Notes: a model not told the origin generated them from the sequence alone. A stretch of DNA of 63,598 nt, filler included, from Folioceros fuciformis (GCA_049999805.1; 11 parts of 11 records of this genome joined end to end with filler, not necessarily neighbours in it), one strand, 5' to 3'; counted from the whole stretch's first letter, positions 23,190-36,082 are shown. Numbers and translations: made by a program.

Positions 23190-25337
23190 TCACTGGTCGA
23201 AGTAGGGTGAGAAGTCTTGAAGCCCCAAGCCGGCCATGTGAAAATAATGTCGATGCTTGGGCAATCCTTTGGTAAGGATATCTGCCGTATTCTCATCTGT
23301 CCCCACATAGCTGACCTTGATCACTCCTTGTTCCACAGCGTCTCTAATGTAATGGTGCTGTGTTTCGATATGTTCCGTACGTGCGTGATATTTGGGATTG
23401 GCCACTAACTCCAAAGCAGACATGTTGTCACAGAGTATCTGTGTTGGCTGGAGCTGGGACTGGTCGATGCCGGAAAGAAAGTTGCGCTCCCATTCAGCCT
23501 CCTTCGAAGCCTCCGTTAAAGATTTGTATTCGGCTTCAGTGGAGCTTAGTGCAACAGAAGTTTGTTTCTTCGAGCACTATGCTACAACTGCCGAGGCAAG
23601 GGTAAAACAGTAAGTGGATAGGCTCCTTCTGGAGTCCGAATCGGAGGCCCAATCAGAGTCCGTGTACCCAGACAAGGTAAGCTTGGAGTGACCACTGCGT
23701 TGGTAAACAAGGCCATATCGTTGAGTACCATTCTGGTATCGAAATATTCGTTTTACAGCCGTCCAGTGGATACGTCCAGGATTATCCATGAATTGGGCAA
23801 CTGTACTGACAGCGTACTGAACATCAGGTCGTGTCCAGTTAGAGACGAAGACTAAACTCCCCACTGCATGACGATAAGGTACATCCAGCATGTCCTTCTT
23901 TTCATGTTCAGTTTCAGGGCACTGCAATCAAGTAAGTTTGAGGCCTGTAGCATAAGGTGTCGATGCAGGTCGAGCTTGATCAAGGTTGAATTTCCATAAA
24001 ATCTCATTTATATATTTAAACTGGTGTATGATCAACTTGCCTTCTGATCTAACCTTGAGTAACTGTATGCCCAAGCAGAAATGCAATTCGCCAATGTCCT
24101 TCATATCAAACCGAGCAGTGAGCTTTTGTTTGACATGGGATAACAAGTCCTGATCATTGGTGGCCAAGATAACGTCGTCAACATAAAGTGCCAAGACGAC
24201 CATAGAGTGACCCTTGGTAAGCTTATAAACATTTGTGTCTGCTGGATTTTGTATAAAGCCGATACTAATTAAATACTGGTGCATGGTGATATACCATACA
24301 CGCCCACTCTGCTTTAAACCGTAAAGACATTTTAAAAGCTTAAGAACTTTATGTGGGTATTGCTGATCCTCATATGCTTCTGGCTGTAGCATGTAGAGTT
24401 CATAATCAAGTTTGCCATATAGATAGGCTGTGCACACATCCATCTGCTGAAGGTCTAAGTTGAATTCAGCAGCATAAGCCAAGAGTATCCGTATGGATTG
24501 GGATCTGACTACTAGAGAAAATGTCTCTTGGTAATCAATACCCTCTACCTGTGTAAAGCCACGCGCAACTAAGCGTGCCTTGTAACGTGCAACTTCTCCC
24601 TTTGCATTTAATTTCAATTTAAATACCCATTTGCATGATATGGCTTTCCGGCCAGGTGGTAGATCTGACAAAACCCATGTTTTGTTTTTGACCAGGGATT
24701 GGTACTCGTCTTCTACCGCAGCCTTCCACTGCATGCTTTGAGGACCTGTAAAAGCTTGGGTAAGGGATGTGGGCTCATCTGGTAAAGATTCTTTTACAGC
24801 AAGATGAGATCTAAAATCTATTGACTGATAAGGAGGCTCCTGCCATTCTGCAGGTGGGGCATGATGTCGAGTGAAACGTCTAAGGACAGGAGCAGGCTCA
24901 TCTAAAACAGGTGGGTCATCAATAACATGTTGATCATCCGGAACATCCGGAACAGGTAAAAGCACATCGAGCTCCTCAGCAAGTTCCTCTTGTACTGGAT
25001 CTGGTTGCTGTTCAGGATTGCCATGTGGGATGGGAGGATTAGGGTTATCTAACCCATCATCTACTGGGGGAATTGCAGGCTGGCTCAATTCATCCACATC
25101 AGGATCATCGAGTGGATAAGCTGCTGCTTCAGCCGAAGAGGTATCTACCTCAGCATCCAATTGTATACCATCTGATGTGGCTGGTGAACTTCTTTCCAAG
25201 AATGTAACACTACGTGCTAATACAATATTTCCTTTGTGGGGATGATATAACTTATATGCTTTAGCTTGTTCGTTGTAGCCTATAAAAATAAGAGCCTGTG
25301 CCCTTGGATCAAGTTTCTTGCGTTTCTTAGAAGGTAT
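23190..25337 (-). pseudogene. pol: Ty1/copia pol 3' half, same lineage as 12459-14543
   Basis: KLDPRAQALIFIGY, KARLVARGFTQVEGIDYQETFS, YVDDV, NWTRPD, ADILTK; ends YFDQ*. Confidence 0.95.
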
Positions 25338-25339
25338 GT

Positions 25340-26074
25340 TGTTCCGCCTCCTCCAACTCCTCTTTTGTTAACAACCCTTTTGTCTTCCATAAGTGCACCA
25401 AGTAAGTTGATAGGTAGCGGGGAAGTGCACTCCCCCCCTCCCTACGGTTCAGCTTGAGCAACTTCTCCCTGTGGTAGGTATACGCCTCATACATAATTAA
25501 CCCCTAGTTTAGCTTTGCCCCTTGAGTCACTCTCCAAAGGAAGTGGAGGAAAGCATTGCTGAAATATGAGGTGCGTTGATAGTTCACCAATCCAAGAACC
25601 ACCTTAGTGAACAACCGCCATTTGAGATCCTTGATCCTCTTAGTCCTCCACCCGTTCTTGGTTCTTGCTAGCTCCCCTCCCAACAGCAATTCTAGTGCCC
25701 AGGATCCCAATACCATCGCTCTCCTCTTCCGACCTACCGTACACTTGTCGGATGCTCTGGACAGTCCAACACCGAGGGTCAGTCCTCGCGCTTCGTTTAG
25801 GTAGGGCTTCCAACTCCTCCTTCGATTGCTGTACGTTGGTACAGCACTCCTGCACCAAGCCTTCATGAACATACGACCAGTGTCTACCATATATCCAGTC
25901 AAGCTGGATGTTTGCGTCACATGCCGAAGTTCGTAGGTCTATCAAATCCCTTGAGTTCAGTTGGCCCCCAAAGCAGGAAAAGGACGGAACATTGGTTCGG
26001 GGAGAGGTAGCTGCCCTCGGGGGTCGTCCCCTACTGCCGGAACCCACCTGAGTGTTGTTGGAGGTCCGCAGCAT
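25340..26074 (-). pseudogene. Frameshifted remnant resembling accessory (non gag-pol) ORFs of plant non-chromovirus gypsy elements
   Basis: Pieces LDWIYGRHWSYVHEGLVQEC..WTVQSIRQVYG, KNGW..KWRLF, GAKLN(*/W)GLIMY..SPLPINLL across two frames; resemblance from memory only. Confidence 0.35.
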
Positions 26075-26699
26075 AGTTGATGGAACAAAACCCCAGGAAC
26101 GTTGATTGCCCTCCTTTACGCATGTTTATACCCCTACCTCCATAAGTAACTGCTCCCAGCTTCTGTCGAGTTGATTTCATGTCCCCTACATCGTTCCTTC
26201 CTATGGCTCTCACCATACCAAAGCCCTTTCTCTTGCTCTGAGTCCACTTGGTCACAACAAGTAGGTCCCCGACATAGGTGTCTTGTCATACAGCTACTTC
26301 CTTGTTCCCCGCTATGTAGGTAGATGTAGTTCCCTACGTGGAGGTGAGCACCCTTCGTTGATGGGACACCTTAGGTAGGGACCCCTTTAAATACCCTCTT
26401 GTCGTAGGTATACTTCTATATGTAGTAACTGCCCTTAATAGATACTCTACACAGGTGTCCCCTTTTCTGTAGGTAGCTTGCCCTTCACAACTATATTTCT
26501 GATTTAGGTACTACCTCCCACATAGATATCCTCCCTATGTGGCCATACTTCCCTATAGGTACCCATCCCAAAGGAGGTAACTTCTTTACAATACTACCCC
26601 TTATTATTGCCACTCATCTAACCTACCAAACCAAGACCAAACAAAACTGAAAATGTTATTAGCCGCTCCCTACCTATTGCGGGTACTTGCCAAAAACCC

Positions 26700-28298
26700 G
26701 CATTCCACATGCATGAACCCTCGTGCAACCAATCTAGCTTTGAATATAGCCACCTCACCCTTGGCATTTAACTTAAGTTTGAAAATCCACTTGCAAGAGA
26801 TGGCCTTGCGCCCTGGTGGTAGATTTGTTAGGATCCAGGTCTTATTTTTCACAACAGACTGGTACTCATCCTCAACAGCAGCTTTTCATTGTTCAGATTC
26901 AGGCCCATTGAAGGCCTGCTGCAGGCTAGTGGGCTCATCCGGCAAAGTGGTCTTAAAGGCGAGGTTGGTCCTAAAGTACACGAGGCAAGATTGGTATCTA
27001 GGCTTTGCCCATTCGAAAGGAGGTGGACGATAGCGAGTTGATCGTCTAGGTTCAAAGGTAGGTGCAGGTGGGTCCTCTACTAGTTCATTGACAAACAGGT
27101 CCAGGTCATCAGCTAGGTCTGCAGCTTCAGCCCCCTCATGATCTTGGACAGGTAAGTCATCAACCAAAAAATCGTCCTCAGCTCCATCATCTTGTTCTGC
27201 AGCAACTCTGTCGTTTTCGTCATCTTGTGCATCGTTATCTGACTGGTGGTCGGCCTGTAGGTCCACTGTAGGTTCCAGGTCATGCTCCTGTGCTTCAACA
27301 ACAACAGCTGTAGGGATGATAGGTGGAATATCAACCAGTTCCATGTCATCCAAGGGATATTCAGCAGGATGAGCTGATGTGGTGTCATAGTCATTTGCTG
27401 TCATGGGGTAGAACACCTTGTGTTGTACTAGAAACTGGTGAATTAGGCTCCACGAAAGTCACACTTCGGGCAAGCAGCATACAGTCTTGTGGTGGGTTGT
27501 ATAGCTTATAGGCTTTCACATGCTCACTATAACCTACAAAAATCAGTCCTTGAGCACGAGGTTCCAGCCTCCTTCGTTTTTCAACGGGGATATATGCAAA
27601 TGCACATGAGCCAAATACCCTTAGATGTAACAAGCTAGGTCTCATGCTCCAGAACACCTCATATGGTCTCTTTTGTGGGACAGAGCTCGTGAGAACCCTG
27701 TTCAAGATGTATGTGGCTGCTACAATTGCCTCGGCCCAATACCCTTATGGTAAGCCTGCCCAAATGAGCATGCTTCTGGTCATGCCGAGCAACGTCTGAT
27801 TTTTGCTCTCATATACACCATTATGTTGCGGTGTGTAGAGAACTGTTAGCTGGCGAAGGATGCCATGTTCCTGGAGCAGCTCATCAAAAGATGAGTTTAC
27901 AAACTCTGATCCATTATCCATCCTTAGTAATTTCAGAAGCATGCCAGATTGCCTTTGAGCTGTAAAGAGCCAGTCTCTAAAAATGCTGAAGGTATCACTT
28001 GTAAGCTGCATTGGGAACGTCCATGTGTATCTGCTGAAGTCGTCTATTAGGGTGAAGAAATAATGTGATCCTCCTAAAGACGGCTCTTGTATCTTTCTAG
28101 ATATATCAGCATGAACTAATTCCAGCACTTGTATAGCTCTATGTGCAGGGGCAAAAGGAAATCGGGATTCCTTTTGCTTTGCCAAGGTGCAAGACTCACA
28201 AACAGCTAAGTCTTTGAAGCACTTCGGCAAGCGTTCTCTTTGGCATTCAGTAACAGGCATGTCAATTAGCTTGGCTCTATTGATGTAGCCTAACCTAA
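26700..28298 (-). pseudogene. pol: Ty1/copia GAG-pre-integrase, integrase and RT start, cut at both ends
   Basis: RLGYIN, CESC, VHADIS, LRMDNGSEF, QHNGVYESKN, KARLVARGF (break ~26700). Confidence 0.92.
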
Positions 28299-28607
28299 TG
28301 TAGGGTTATTAAAGCCCAATGTGCTTAGACTAATGCGTTTAAACTAATGCATTTAGTCTAAGATTAGTGTTTAATTAAGTGTCATTATATTAGATTATCT
28401 TAAGCTAATCTGTAGGAAGCTTCCTATGTAGCTTCCTGTGCGCTTCTTGTGAAGCTTCCTAGGGAGCTCTTCTAGAGGGTATAAATACCCCTTTGAGCTC
28501 CCTTGCTATTGAGAGACTCTATTGTGAGAGTGTGACCTCTCTTTTCTCCTCTCCTCCTTGCCTCCTCCTCTCCTCCTTCACCATGTAGCTCCTGGAGCGA
28601 TCTTTCA
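28299..28607 (+). mobile_element. 5' LTR (309 bp) of a Tnt1/Tork-like copia element nested in another copia
   Basis: TG...CA termini; TATAAATA at 28480-28487; followed by PBS; homologous to 4380-4664. Confidence 0.93.
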
Positions 28608-28609
28608 AC

Positions 28610-28621
28610 TGGTATCAGAGC
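28610..28621 (+). promoter_or_regulatory. Primer binding site for initiator tRNA-Met
   Basis: TGGTATCAGAGC, 2 nt after the LTR CA end. Confidence 0.95.
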
Positions 28622-29167
28622 GCAAGTTGTGAAGCTGAAATTGTGAAGCGAGATGCTCATGTCTGCAGGTGCCACGGACAAAGGCCCATGATGAAGGGCA
28701 TCTAGGAGGAGCACGAGGCTCCGAGAGTGAGGGAGCTGGGACCTCGGGGTGCCGCGAGCGCGGGGCACCGGGAGGTTGATGCCGCACCGCGAGGGGGTTC
28801 TGCCCCGGGGCACCATCCACACCAAGTACCACAGGAAGAGGCGCAGGGTGCCTGGTGAGCGGGGCACCTGAGGCGCCAGGCCTCGCGGGGCGGATGAAAG
28901 GCCCCCCTGCCCCGAGTGCCATCATAACCTCGGCCGCTGTGGTCGCAGGCCGCGGCCAGGGTGCCGGGGCCCCGAGCGCTGGTCCAGCCCCGACTAGCCC
29001 GCGGGGAGCGGGCAGACCCCAGCAGTAGGGGGCACCTGACCTGGCCGCTCCGCTGCGCAGGGCGCCGGGCCCCCTGCCGAGGCACCAACCCTTGGCCGCC
29101 CCGATCGGGGGCGCTAGGGGAGCCAGCCTCGGCCAGGGGCGCTAGGGCGCCAGACCGCCAGGGCAGC

Positions 29168-29370
29168 GGCTAGGGCTCTAGGCCGCCGCTGGCTGGGGCT
29201 AGGGCGAAGGCTAGAGCGTCGGCTAGGGCACTGGCTAGGGCGATGGCTAGGGCATCGTCTAGGGCGCCAGCTAGGGTGCAGCCCCTGGCTAGGATGACGG
29301 CTAGGGCGCAGCCGCCGACTACGGCGATGGCTAGGGCGACGGCTAGGGCGCAGCTGCCGGCTAGGTCGCG
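29168..29370. repeat. Degenerate ~12-bp tandem repeat (GGCTAGGGCGNN) inside a ~1.1-kb GC-rich 5' leader
   Basis: More than ten CTAGG-core units visible; the flanking leader is rich in GGCACC/GGCGCC words. Confidence 0.8.
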
Positions 29371-29828
29371 CCATCGAGGCGCCACCTGGGTGCCAACGAA
29401 GCGCTAACGGGGCGCCACCTGCGCGCTAACGAGGCACCACTCGAGAGCTAGTGGGGTGCCTCCCAGGCACCAACGAGGCGCCACTTGGGCGTTAGTGGGG
29501 TGCCACCTGCGCACCACCCGGGCACTAGCGAGGTGCCACTTGGGAGCTAGCGAGGCACGAGCGGGGCACCACTAAGGAGCCAGCAAGGCGTCACCCGGGC
29601 TGCAGCCGTTCGCCAGCAAGGCGCCAGCAGGGCGAGGATCCGGCCAAGTGCCGAGCGCGCGAGATGGGCGCCGAACTGCCCTCGACCGTGGAAGTCAGGA
29701 TCTTGATCGGACGACGGGAGACATTCCAATTGTGAACGACCAAAGACTAAATTGTGGACAGCTGTTTCGTTGTGAGGGTAACTTTTAGAATCTATATTAC
29801 ATTCCGACTGTTTTTCCGATTTTAAAAC

Positions 29829-30160
29829 ATGGCGTCCTCGGAAAACGTCATGTTCAATATTGAAAAGTTAGATGGTACTAACTTCCCGTTCTGGAAAGAA
29901 CAAGTGTATAATGTTCTAGTACAGAAGAAGCAGATCAAGCCCATCAAGTTGCTAAGAGTGAAACCCGTTAGCATGACTCAAGATGAGTGGCAGGATCTAG
30001 ATGAGCTTGCTAGGTCTACCATCATGCAAACATTGTCCAAGTCGGTCTACTTCAACATGAAAGACAAGGCCACAAGTTTCGAGCTGCGGCAGAAGTTGTG
30101 TGACCTATATGAAAAGCAAAGTGCGGCTTCTCAGGTGTATTAGTTGAAACAGCTAGTGGA
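29829..30160 (+). pseudogene. gag: Copia gag N-terminus (Tnt1/Tork-like), cut by contig end
   Basis: FNIEKLDGTNFPFWK...LDELARSTIMQTLS...LCDLYEK; TAG at 30141. Confidence 0.9.
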
Positions 30161-30260
30161 NNNNNNNNNNNNNNNNNNNNNNNNNNNNNNNNNNNNNNNN
30201 NNNNTTAATTAATTAANNNNNNNNNNNNNNNNNNNNNNNNNNNNNNNNNNNNNNNNNNNN
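30161..30260. other. Artificial contig spacer
   Basis: N44-TTAATTAATTAA-N44. Confidence 0.98.
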
Positions 30261-31270
30261 CAAACCGGCAGCCATAACCCTAATAGACTAACCTAAATAA
30301 CGCTAGGTCATGTACTCTATATAAGGGGACCAGGCGAAATATCCGCCGACACGAAGCACGAGCGCAGATGTGCTATTTTACAAGATGCCGAAGAGAGGGC
30401 CAGTACCACGAGCGCCACGAAGGAGGGTGTTGATAGAAGGGGAATAGATCCCCGTGACGAGGAGAACCCTTGTGTACCCAAGCTGTTGGGAAGACGATCA
30501 ATCTCCTATCTCAACATCCAGATACACTATTTCACCTACTTCCTTCATGCGCGGTGTCAGCCCTGCTCCTAGAACCTGCAGAGCCCCCTTGGTAAGACCT
30601 TCAACACCAAGAGCGCATCGGAGGCGTGGACGACCAAGCAAGAGAAGGTGAGTGAAGTTCTTGCTTCGCGTGCTCGCATCCGAGAGTTACAGGATGTTTT
30701 GGACAATCTTATGCTCGGCATTAAACAGCTACATCTGACCTGCGAGAGCCACCTTTGCGTCAGGCTTACCCATGAATCTTCCCTCCTAACTAGTTGTTGC
30801 CAGCGGCAGATTACTGACAACTTGCTTAGTTCTGATGTCATGCCGCCCAGGAGACATCCGGCGGCTCCATCTGACGATGATTTTGATCTTGATGATGGTG
30901 GCATAGTGCATCCTGAGAAGGAGGAGGCACCTTACCAGTCCGATGACGAAGGCGCTGAGCAACAGCCCTTTTATCAGCCACCACCTATACAGCATACAGC
31001 CTTCAATTTTGATTTTGGCTTGAATCAAATTTTGGCCAAAATCAAATTGGTGGCGCTCCGGTGGGGAGATCACGGGAAGCGTTCGATTTATACAATTCCC
31101 GAAGGTAACACCCTGAAGAGGAGTTAGAAGATCAGCCTGCACTGCAGACTCGTAGTGAACCCCTCGTCTTTGCTGGAACAGCTCATACGACATCTGCCAC
31201 CACAACTGCTGGCACTGTCGCATCCTCAACAACAACCACAGCCGACCCATCAGGGGCACCCACATCAACC

Positions 31271-34200
31271 ATGGCAGCACTTCCTCAACCTGCCCTGAAG
31301 ATTGAATTCAGGGATAAGGATCGTTTCAACGGGAACGATTACAACACTTGGTCACTAAGGTTGACACAAATCTTTGAGGAAGATGAGCTTATGTTCGTAG
31401 TGGATGGGAGTGAAAGATGCCCTGTTACAACATCAATGAATGCTGCCAACGTACTCAACTGGAAACGAAAGGACAGGAGAGCACATTCTATTCCCATTGC
31501 CTCATTGGACAGAAATAAAATGCCTCACACTCTTGATGCTGACACCTCTGCAGCTATGTGGCACAGTTTTGCCCAGATTTACAAGGATAAGAGCAATGCT
31601 TCCCAAGTCTTTGCACACAGGGACTTCTACGGCATGAGAATGAAGGATAGTGACTCTGTCGAGTACTACATCAATCGTTTCAGAACTGCACGAGCAACTT
31701 TGGCATATTGTGGTACCATTCTTACTGAAGAACAAGCTGGAACATGTCTGTTGGCTTGTCTACCCCCTAGCTACAGCCACTTTATGAGCTCGCAGCTTGC
31801 TCAAGCCTCGTCTGCAATAGCTGGAGGCCAGCCTGGTATAACCTTGGATGAACTGGTTGGAGCTCTTTTAGCGGAGGAATGCACCAAGGGTTTTCACAAA
31901 GGAGTCAAAGGCGAATCACAGCAGCACTCAAGAGTCTTGTTTTTTGGTTGAGGCAGAGGGAGCTTTCGAGGACGTGGCCGTGGAGGACAAGGGCGTGAAG
32001 GGTACCCCACAGCTAAGCAACCAAACTTGCAAAGGAAAATCTTCACTTGTCATTGGTGCAAGATTCCTGGCCACTTTGAGAAAGACTGTCGGAAGAAGTG
32101 TGCTGGGGAGCCTCATAAGGAAGGGACTTCTCATGAGTCAAACTTGACCACATCAAAGTCTGCAACCACGGCTAAGTCCCCTTCCATTTTAGCAGTCTGT
32201 CTATCTTCTGTGCAAATTCAGGCTGATATGTGGTTTTTGGACTATGGTGCCACAAATCACATTTGCTATGATAGGAGAGCTTTCAGCAACTTTGCCTCTA
32301 CTCTTGACAGTCTGCAGTTTGTTTTGCTAGGGGACGACAGTGGTCTGGCCATCAAAGGTTCGGGTTCAGTTACCATCGAGTTGCCTAATTTTGAGGTCAT
32401 GACCTTGTCAGGTGTGCTTCATGTCCCAGCCATGACCAAGAATCTTATATCGGTCATGAAATTAGTAGAAGAGCACTCTTGTCGTATCTGCTTTGATCAC
32501 ACAGGCTGCTCAATATCTCGCATACTTGGTTGGAATGACATTTTTTCATGCACTCCCTTTAATGACCTGTACCTTTTAAATGTTAGAACTGTACCACACC
32601 AGCCCACTGTTCATATTAGTCAATCTCCTTCTTTATCTCCAACGCAACTGTGGCACTGTCGCCTAGGCCATGTCAATTTCCAGAGGCTTTCCACCTTGGT
32701 TAACAATACTGTTTTTCGTGATCAATTGTCTTTCCCCTTTGATAGGCAAGCCGTTTGTGACTCCTGCCAAGTTAGCAAGGCTATTTCCCAGCCCTTCTGA
32801 GATTAGAACCTGTCACGAGCCAATTCCCTTTAAAACACACAGTCCATAGTGATCTATGTGGTCCAATGTCCACAGCGTCTTTTGGAGGTGCCCTTTATTT
32901 TCTTACCTTCATCGATGAATGGAGTCGTTATTGTTCAGTTTATGTGCTGCATAGCAAGAGTGACACCTTCACCTGTTTTCAAGACTATGCGGCCATGGCA
33001 CAGCGACAGACAGGATGCATGCTTAAGATATTTTGATCTGACAATGGAGGGGAGTACACCAGTCATGCCTTCTCCGTTTTTGCTCAACAGAGGGAGTTAT
33101 TCATCAATTCACGGTTCCTTATACCCCTGCTCAGAATTCCTTTGCTAGACGCAAGAATAGGACACTCCAGGAAGCTGCTCTTTCTAGCTTATCTTTTGCT
33201 GGTTTGACTCGTGGATACTGGGCAGAGGCATTAGTGGCCGCCAACTGTGTACAGAATCGGCTTCCCACTAAGGAACTTGGTCTCATCACACCTTACGAAA
33301 GGTGAACAGGCAAGAAACCCCTTATCACTCATTTGTGGATTTTTAGCAGTCCTACATATGGCTTGGTTCCCTCTTAACTGCGCACTAAACTGGATCCCAA
33401 GGCAGTTTGACGTATATTTGTGGGTTATGCAGAAGATGTGAAGGGTTACAAGCTCTTTGCCCTGAGTACCCGTCAGCTTTCCTATTCTCGTAGTGTCATT
33501 TTTCATGAGCATGCCTTGTTACGACGTCATGATAGCTTGCTTTCCCCCTCTTCTGTCTTCCCCCCTGCCACCATACACAGTGTTGATGTTGAGCTCGATT
33601 TCGTCACTGACAAGGATACAAATATTGCTATCTTTGATTTTGATGATTTCACTGTAGGCCCCACTACTTTAGCTTCACGGGGGCAACACATACAGTCACC
33701 TTCCAACAGCAGCAATCACACTCATGTCACCCACAATTCAGATGAGCCTCTTGTACCCTGTCCTTCTAGTTCTCTTGTTGATCCTGTGACTGTTGTTGAA
33801 TCTGAAGCAGTAGACCCTCCAGTCGATTTTTTGGTAGATTTACCTCCTACTGTAGTTGGGCCTGCTTCTTCTACCTCTGTCAATGACCAGCCATCTTCAC
33901 CAATCCTTCGTAGGTCTTCTCGTCATCGTCCTCCTAGACATGAATGGAAAGAACCCCCTTTTGTAGCAGGCATAGCTTCCACACCTTCTAAACCCAACTT
34001 CAATACTCATGAACTTTTGACCTACCTAGAAGCCATCACTGGTCCAGAGGAAGAATTGTGGAAGGAGTCCATTCAGTTTGAATACGACTCACTCATAACT
34101 AATGGCACTTGGAAGTTGGTTGACTTGCCAGAAGGTCGGAAGCCAGTTTCCTGCAAGTGGGTTTTTAAGAAGAAACTCAACACAGATGGAAGTGTTGGTC

Positions 34201-34477
34201 GCTACAAATCCAGACTCGTGGCAAAGGGTTACAGTCAGGTTGCTGGCTTAGATTATATTGAGACGTTTGCTCCTGTGGTTAAATCCACTTCTGTTAGGAT
34301 ATTGTTATCTCTTGCTACTCATTATGGTTTGCATGTTCACCAACTTGATGTAAAAACTGCGTTCCTTCATGGTACTTTAGAAGAGGAAATTTATATGTTG
34401 CAACCCGAAGGATTTGTCATTGATGAGGAGAAGGTATGCTTATTACTTAAAACGTTATATGGTCTCAAACAATCCAG
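31271..34477 (+). mobile_element. Degenerate Ty1/copia gag-pol (gag, zinc knuckle, protease, integrase, RT start)
   Basis: RFNGNDYNTW, CHWCKIPGHFEKDC, WFLDYGATNH, LWHCRLGH..CDSC, SDNGGEY, YKSRLVAKGY, LYGLKQS; frameshifts and stops. Confidence 0.95.
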
Positions 34478-34577
34478 NNNNNNNNNNNNNNNNNNNNNNN
34501 NNNNNNNNNNNNNNNNNNNNNTTAATTAATTAANNNNNNNNNNNNNNNNNNNNNNNNNNNNNNNNNNNNNNNNNNNN
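34478..34577. other. Artificial contig spacer
   Basis: N44-TTAATTAATTAA-N44. Confidence 0.98.
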
Positions 34578-35772
34578 TAAGTCCCATCCGAATCACTTCT
34601 GCAAGCTACAGAAGACGTTGTATGGCCTGAAGCAGTCTCCAAGAGCCTGGTACAATCGCATCCATCAATACTTAATCAAGTCAGGTTTTGTACAATCACC
34701 AATAGATGGCAATGTTTATATTTTGAGAGAAGGGGATGCGGTGGTGTACCTCGCTCTCTATGTTGATGACACGCTAATTTTTGCAAGTGCACCAAAGATC
34801 ATGCAGAAAGTGAAGGACATCCTGTCCTCACAATTCAAAATGACTGACCTGGGCATGGTCAAGTTTTTCCTGGGAGTGCAAGCAATCGTCAACCTGGTTG
34901 ACTCGAGTATCTTTATCCACCAGGAGCATTATGTGTACAGGCTCCTGGAAAAGTTCGGCATGAAGGACCGCAAGCCTGTAAGTACACCTCTCGCAGTGGG
35001 AGATTTTTTCTCGGTGGACCAAGCACCTACTACAGACAAGGAGAGGCAAGAGATGTTAGGCATTCCCTACGGCAAACTAGCAGGATGCCTAGATTGGCTG
35101 AGTGGCTGGACGAGACCGGATCTTGCTCTGTCTTCTCACAACATTTCGAAGTATATATCTAACCCTGGACAGCAGCACTGGTCGAAGGCAAAGAGAGCTT
35201 TGAGATACCTGAAATTGCATCTGAAGCTCGGCCTTCTGTACAAGCATCAGCCAGGCAAGATACCTCCTACTTTAGCCTGCTTTACTGATGCGGACTGGGC
35301 AGGAGATAAGGATACTCGCAAGTCGGTCACGGCTTACTATGTGATTTTGAGTGGGAGCACCATCTCCTGGACCTGTAAAAGGCAGCAAATTGTTGCTCTG
35401 TCCTCCACTGAGGCAGAGTACATAGCAGCGACATCGGCCACACAGGAAGTGCTGCATGCAAGAGCTTTGCTGGACTCCATCGGGATGACACAACCTGAGC
35501 CGACGACCATATTCTGTGACAATCAGTCCACCATCGCGTTGTCTCGGAATCCGGTCATGCACACACGCACGAGGCACATAGATGTTAGGTTTCATTTCAT
35601 ACGGCAAGCAATAGCAAATAGGCATATCCACCTAGAGTACGTCCCTACAGATGACAACACAGCGGACATATTTACAAAGCCACTCTCACGAGATAAGCAC
35701 GAAAAGCACTGCACCGGCCTTGGCCTCACAGACAAACCAATTACTGGTCAGGGCGGCACCTCACTAGGGTAG
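34578..35772 (+). CDS. pol: Ty1/copia RT-RNase H, uninterrupted C-terminal 384 aa (5' partial)
   Basis: LYGLKQSPR, YVDDT, WTRPD, FTDADWAGD, SSTEAEY, CDNQST, ADIFTK. Confidence 0.93.
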
Positions 35773-35941
35773 CTGCACAAAAGGATGGGTGCATGCTGTT
35801 TGTTTTGCAGGAAATTCAAGCTCACTCAGGATGCTCGTGGAACCATGGAGAGTAACGAAGTGCCAAGCTGCCATTCCGGCCGATCTTTGCCTGCTCCAAC
35901 AACATGGTCAACTCTGGACATCGAGAAAACTTTGGAAGGCG

Positions 35942-36082
35942 CTACAAGCCTTCAAGGCAATCTGAAGAAGGACGGTGGCGGCGTGATGCGGAGCACGCTC
36001 TCTCGAGCTTAGCAATGATTCCAGCGACAAGCAAAAGGCAGGCCATCCAGATCCAAACCGGAGACATTTGGCCAAGATTCAT
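35942..36082 (-). CDS. Putative antisense small membrane peptide (46 aa) in the copia 3' region
   Basis: MNLGQMSPVWIWMACLLLVAGIIAKLER...; ATG 50 bp from the 3' LTR. Confidence 0.35.
   Translation of the reverse strand: MNLGQMSPVWIWMACLLLVAGIIAKLERACSASRRHRPSSDCLEGL

Noticed and set aside
28472-29729. Many overlapping Arg/Pro/Ala-rich ORFs
   Set aside because: Expected in very GC-rich repetitive DNA; they lie in an LTR and leader and show no domain signal.
34420-34640. Apparent continuity of copia RT across the spacer (both sides contain LYGLKQS)
   Set aside because: The nucleotide sequences of the shared motif differ, so these are different elements joined artificially.
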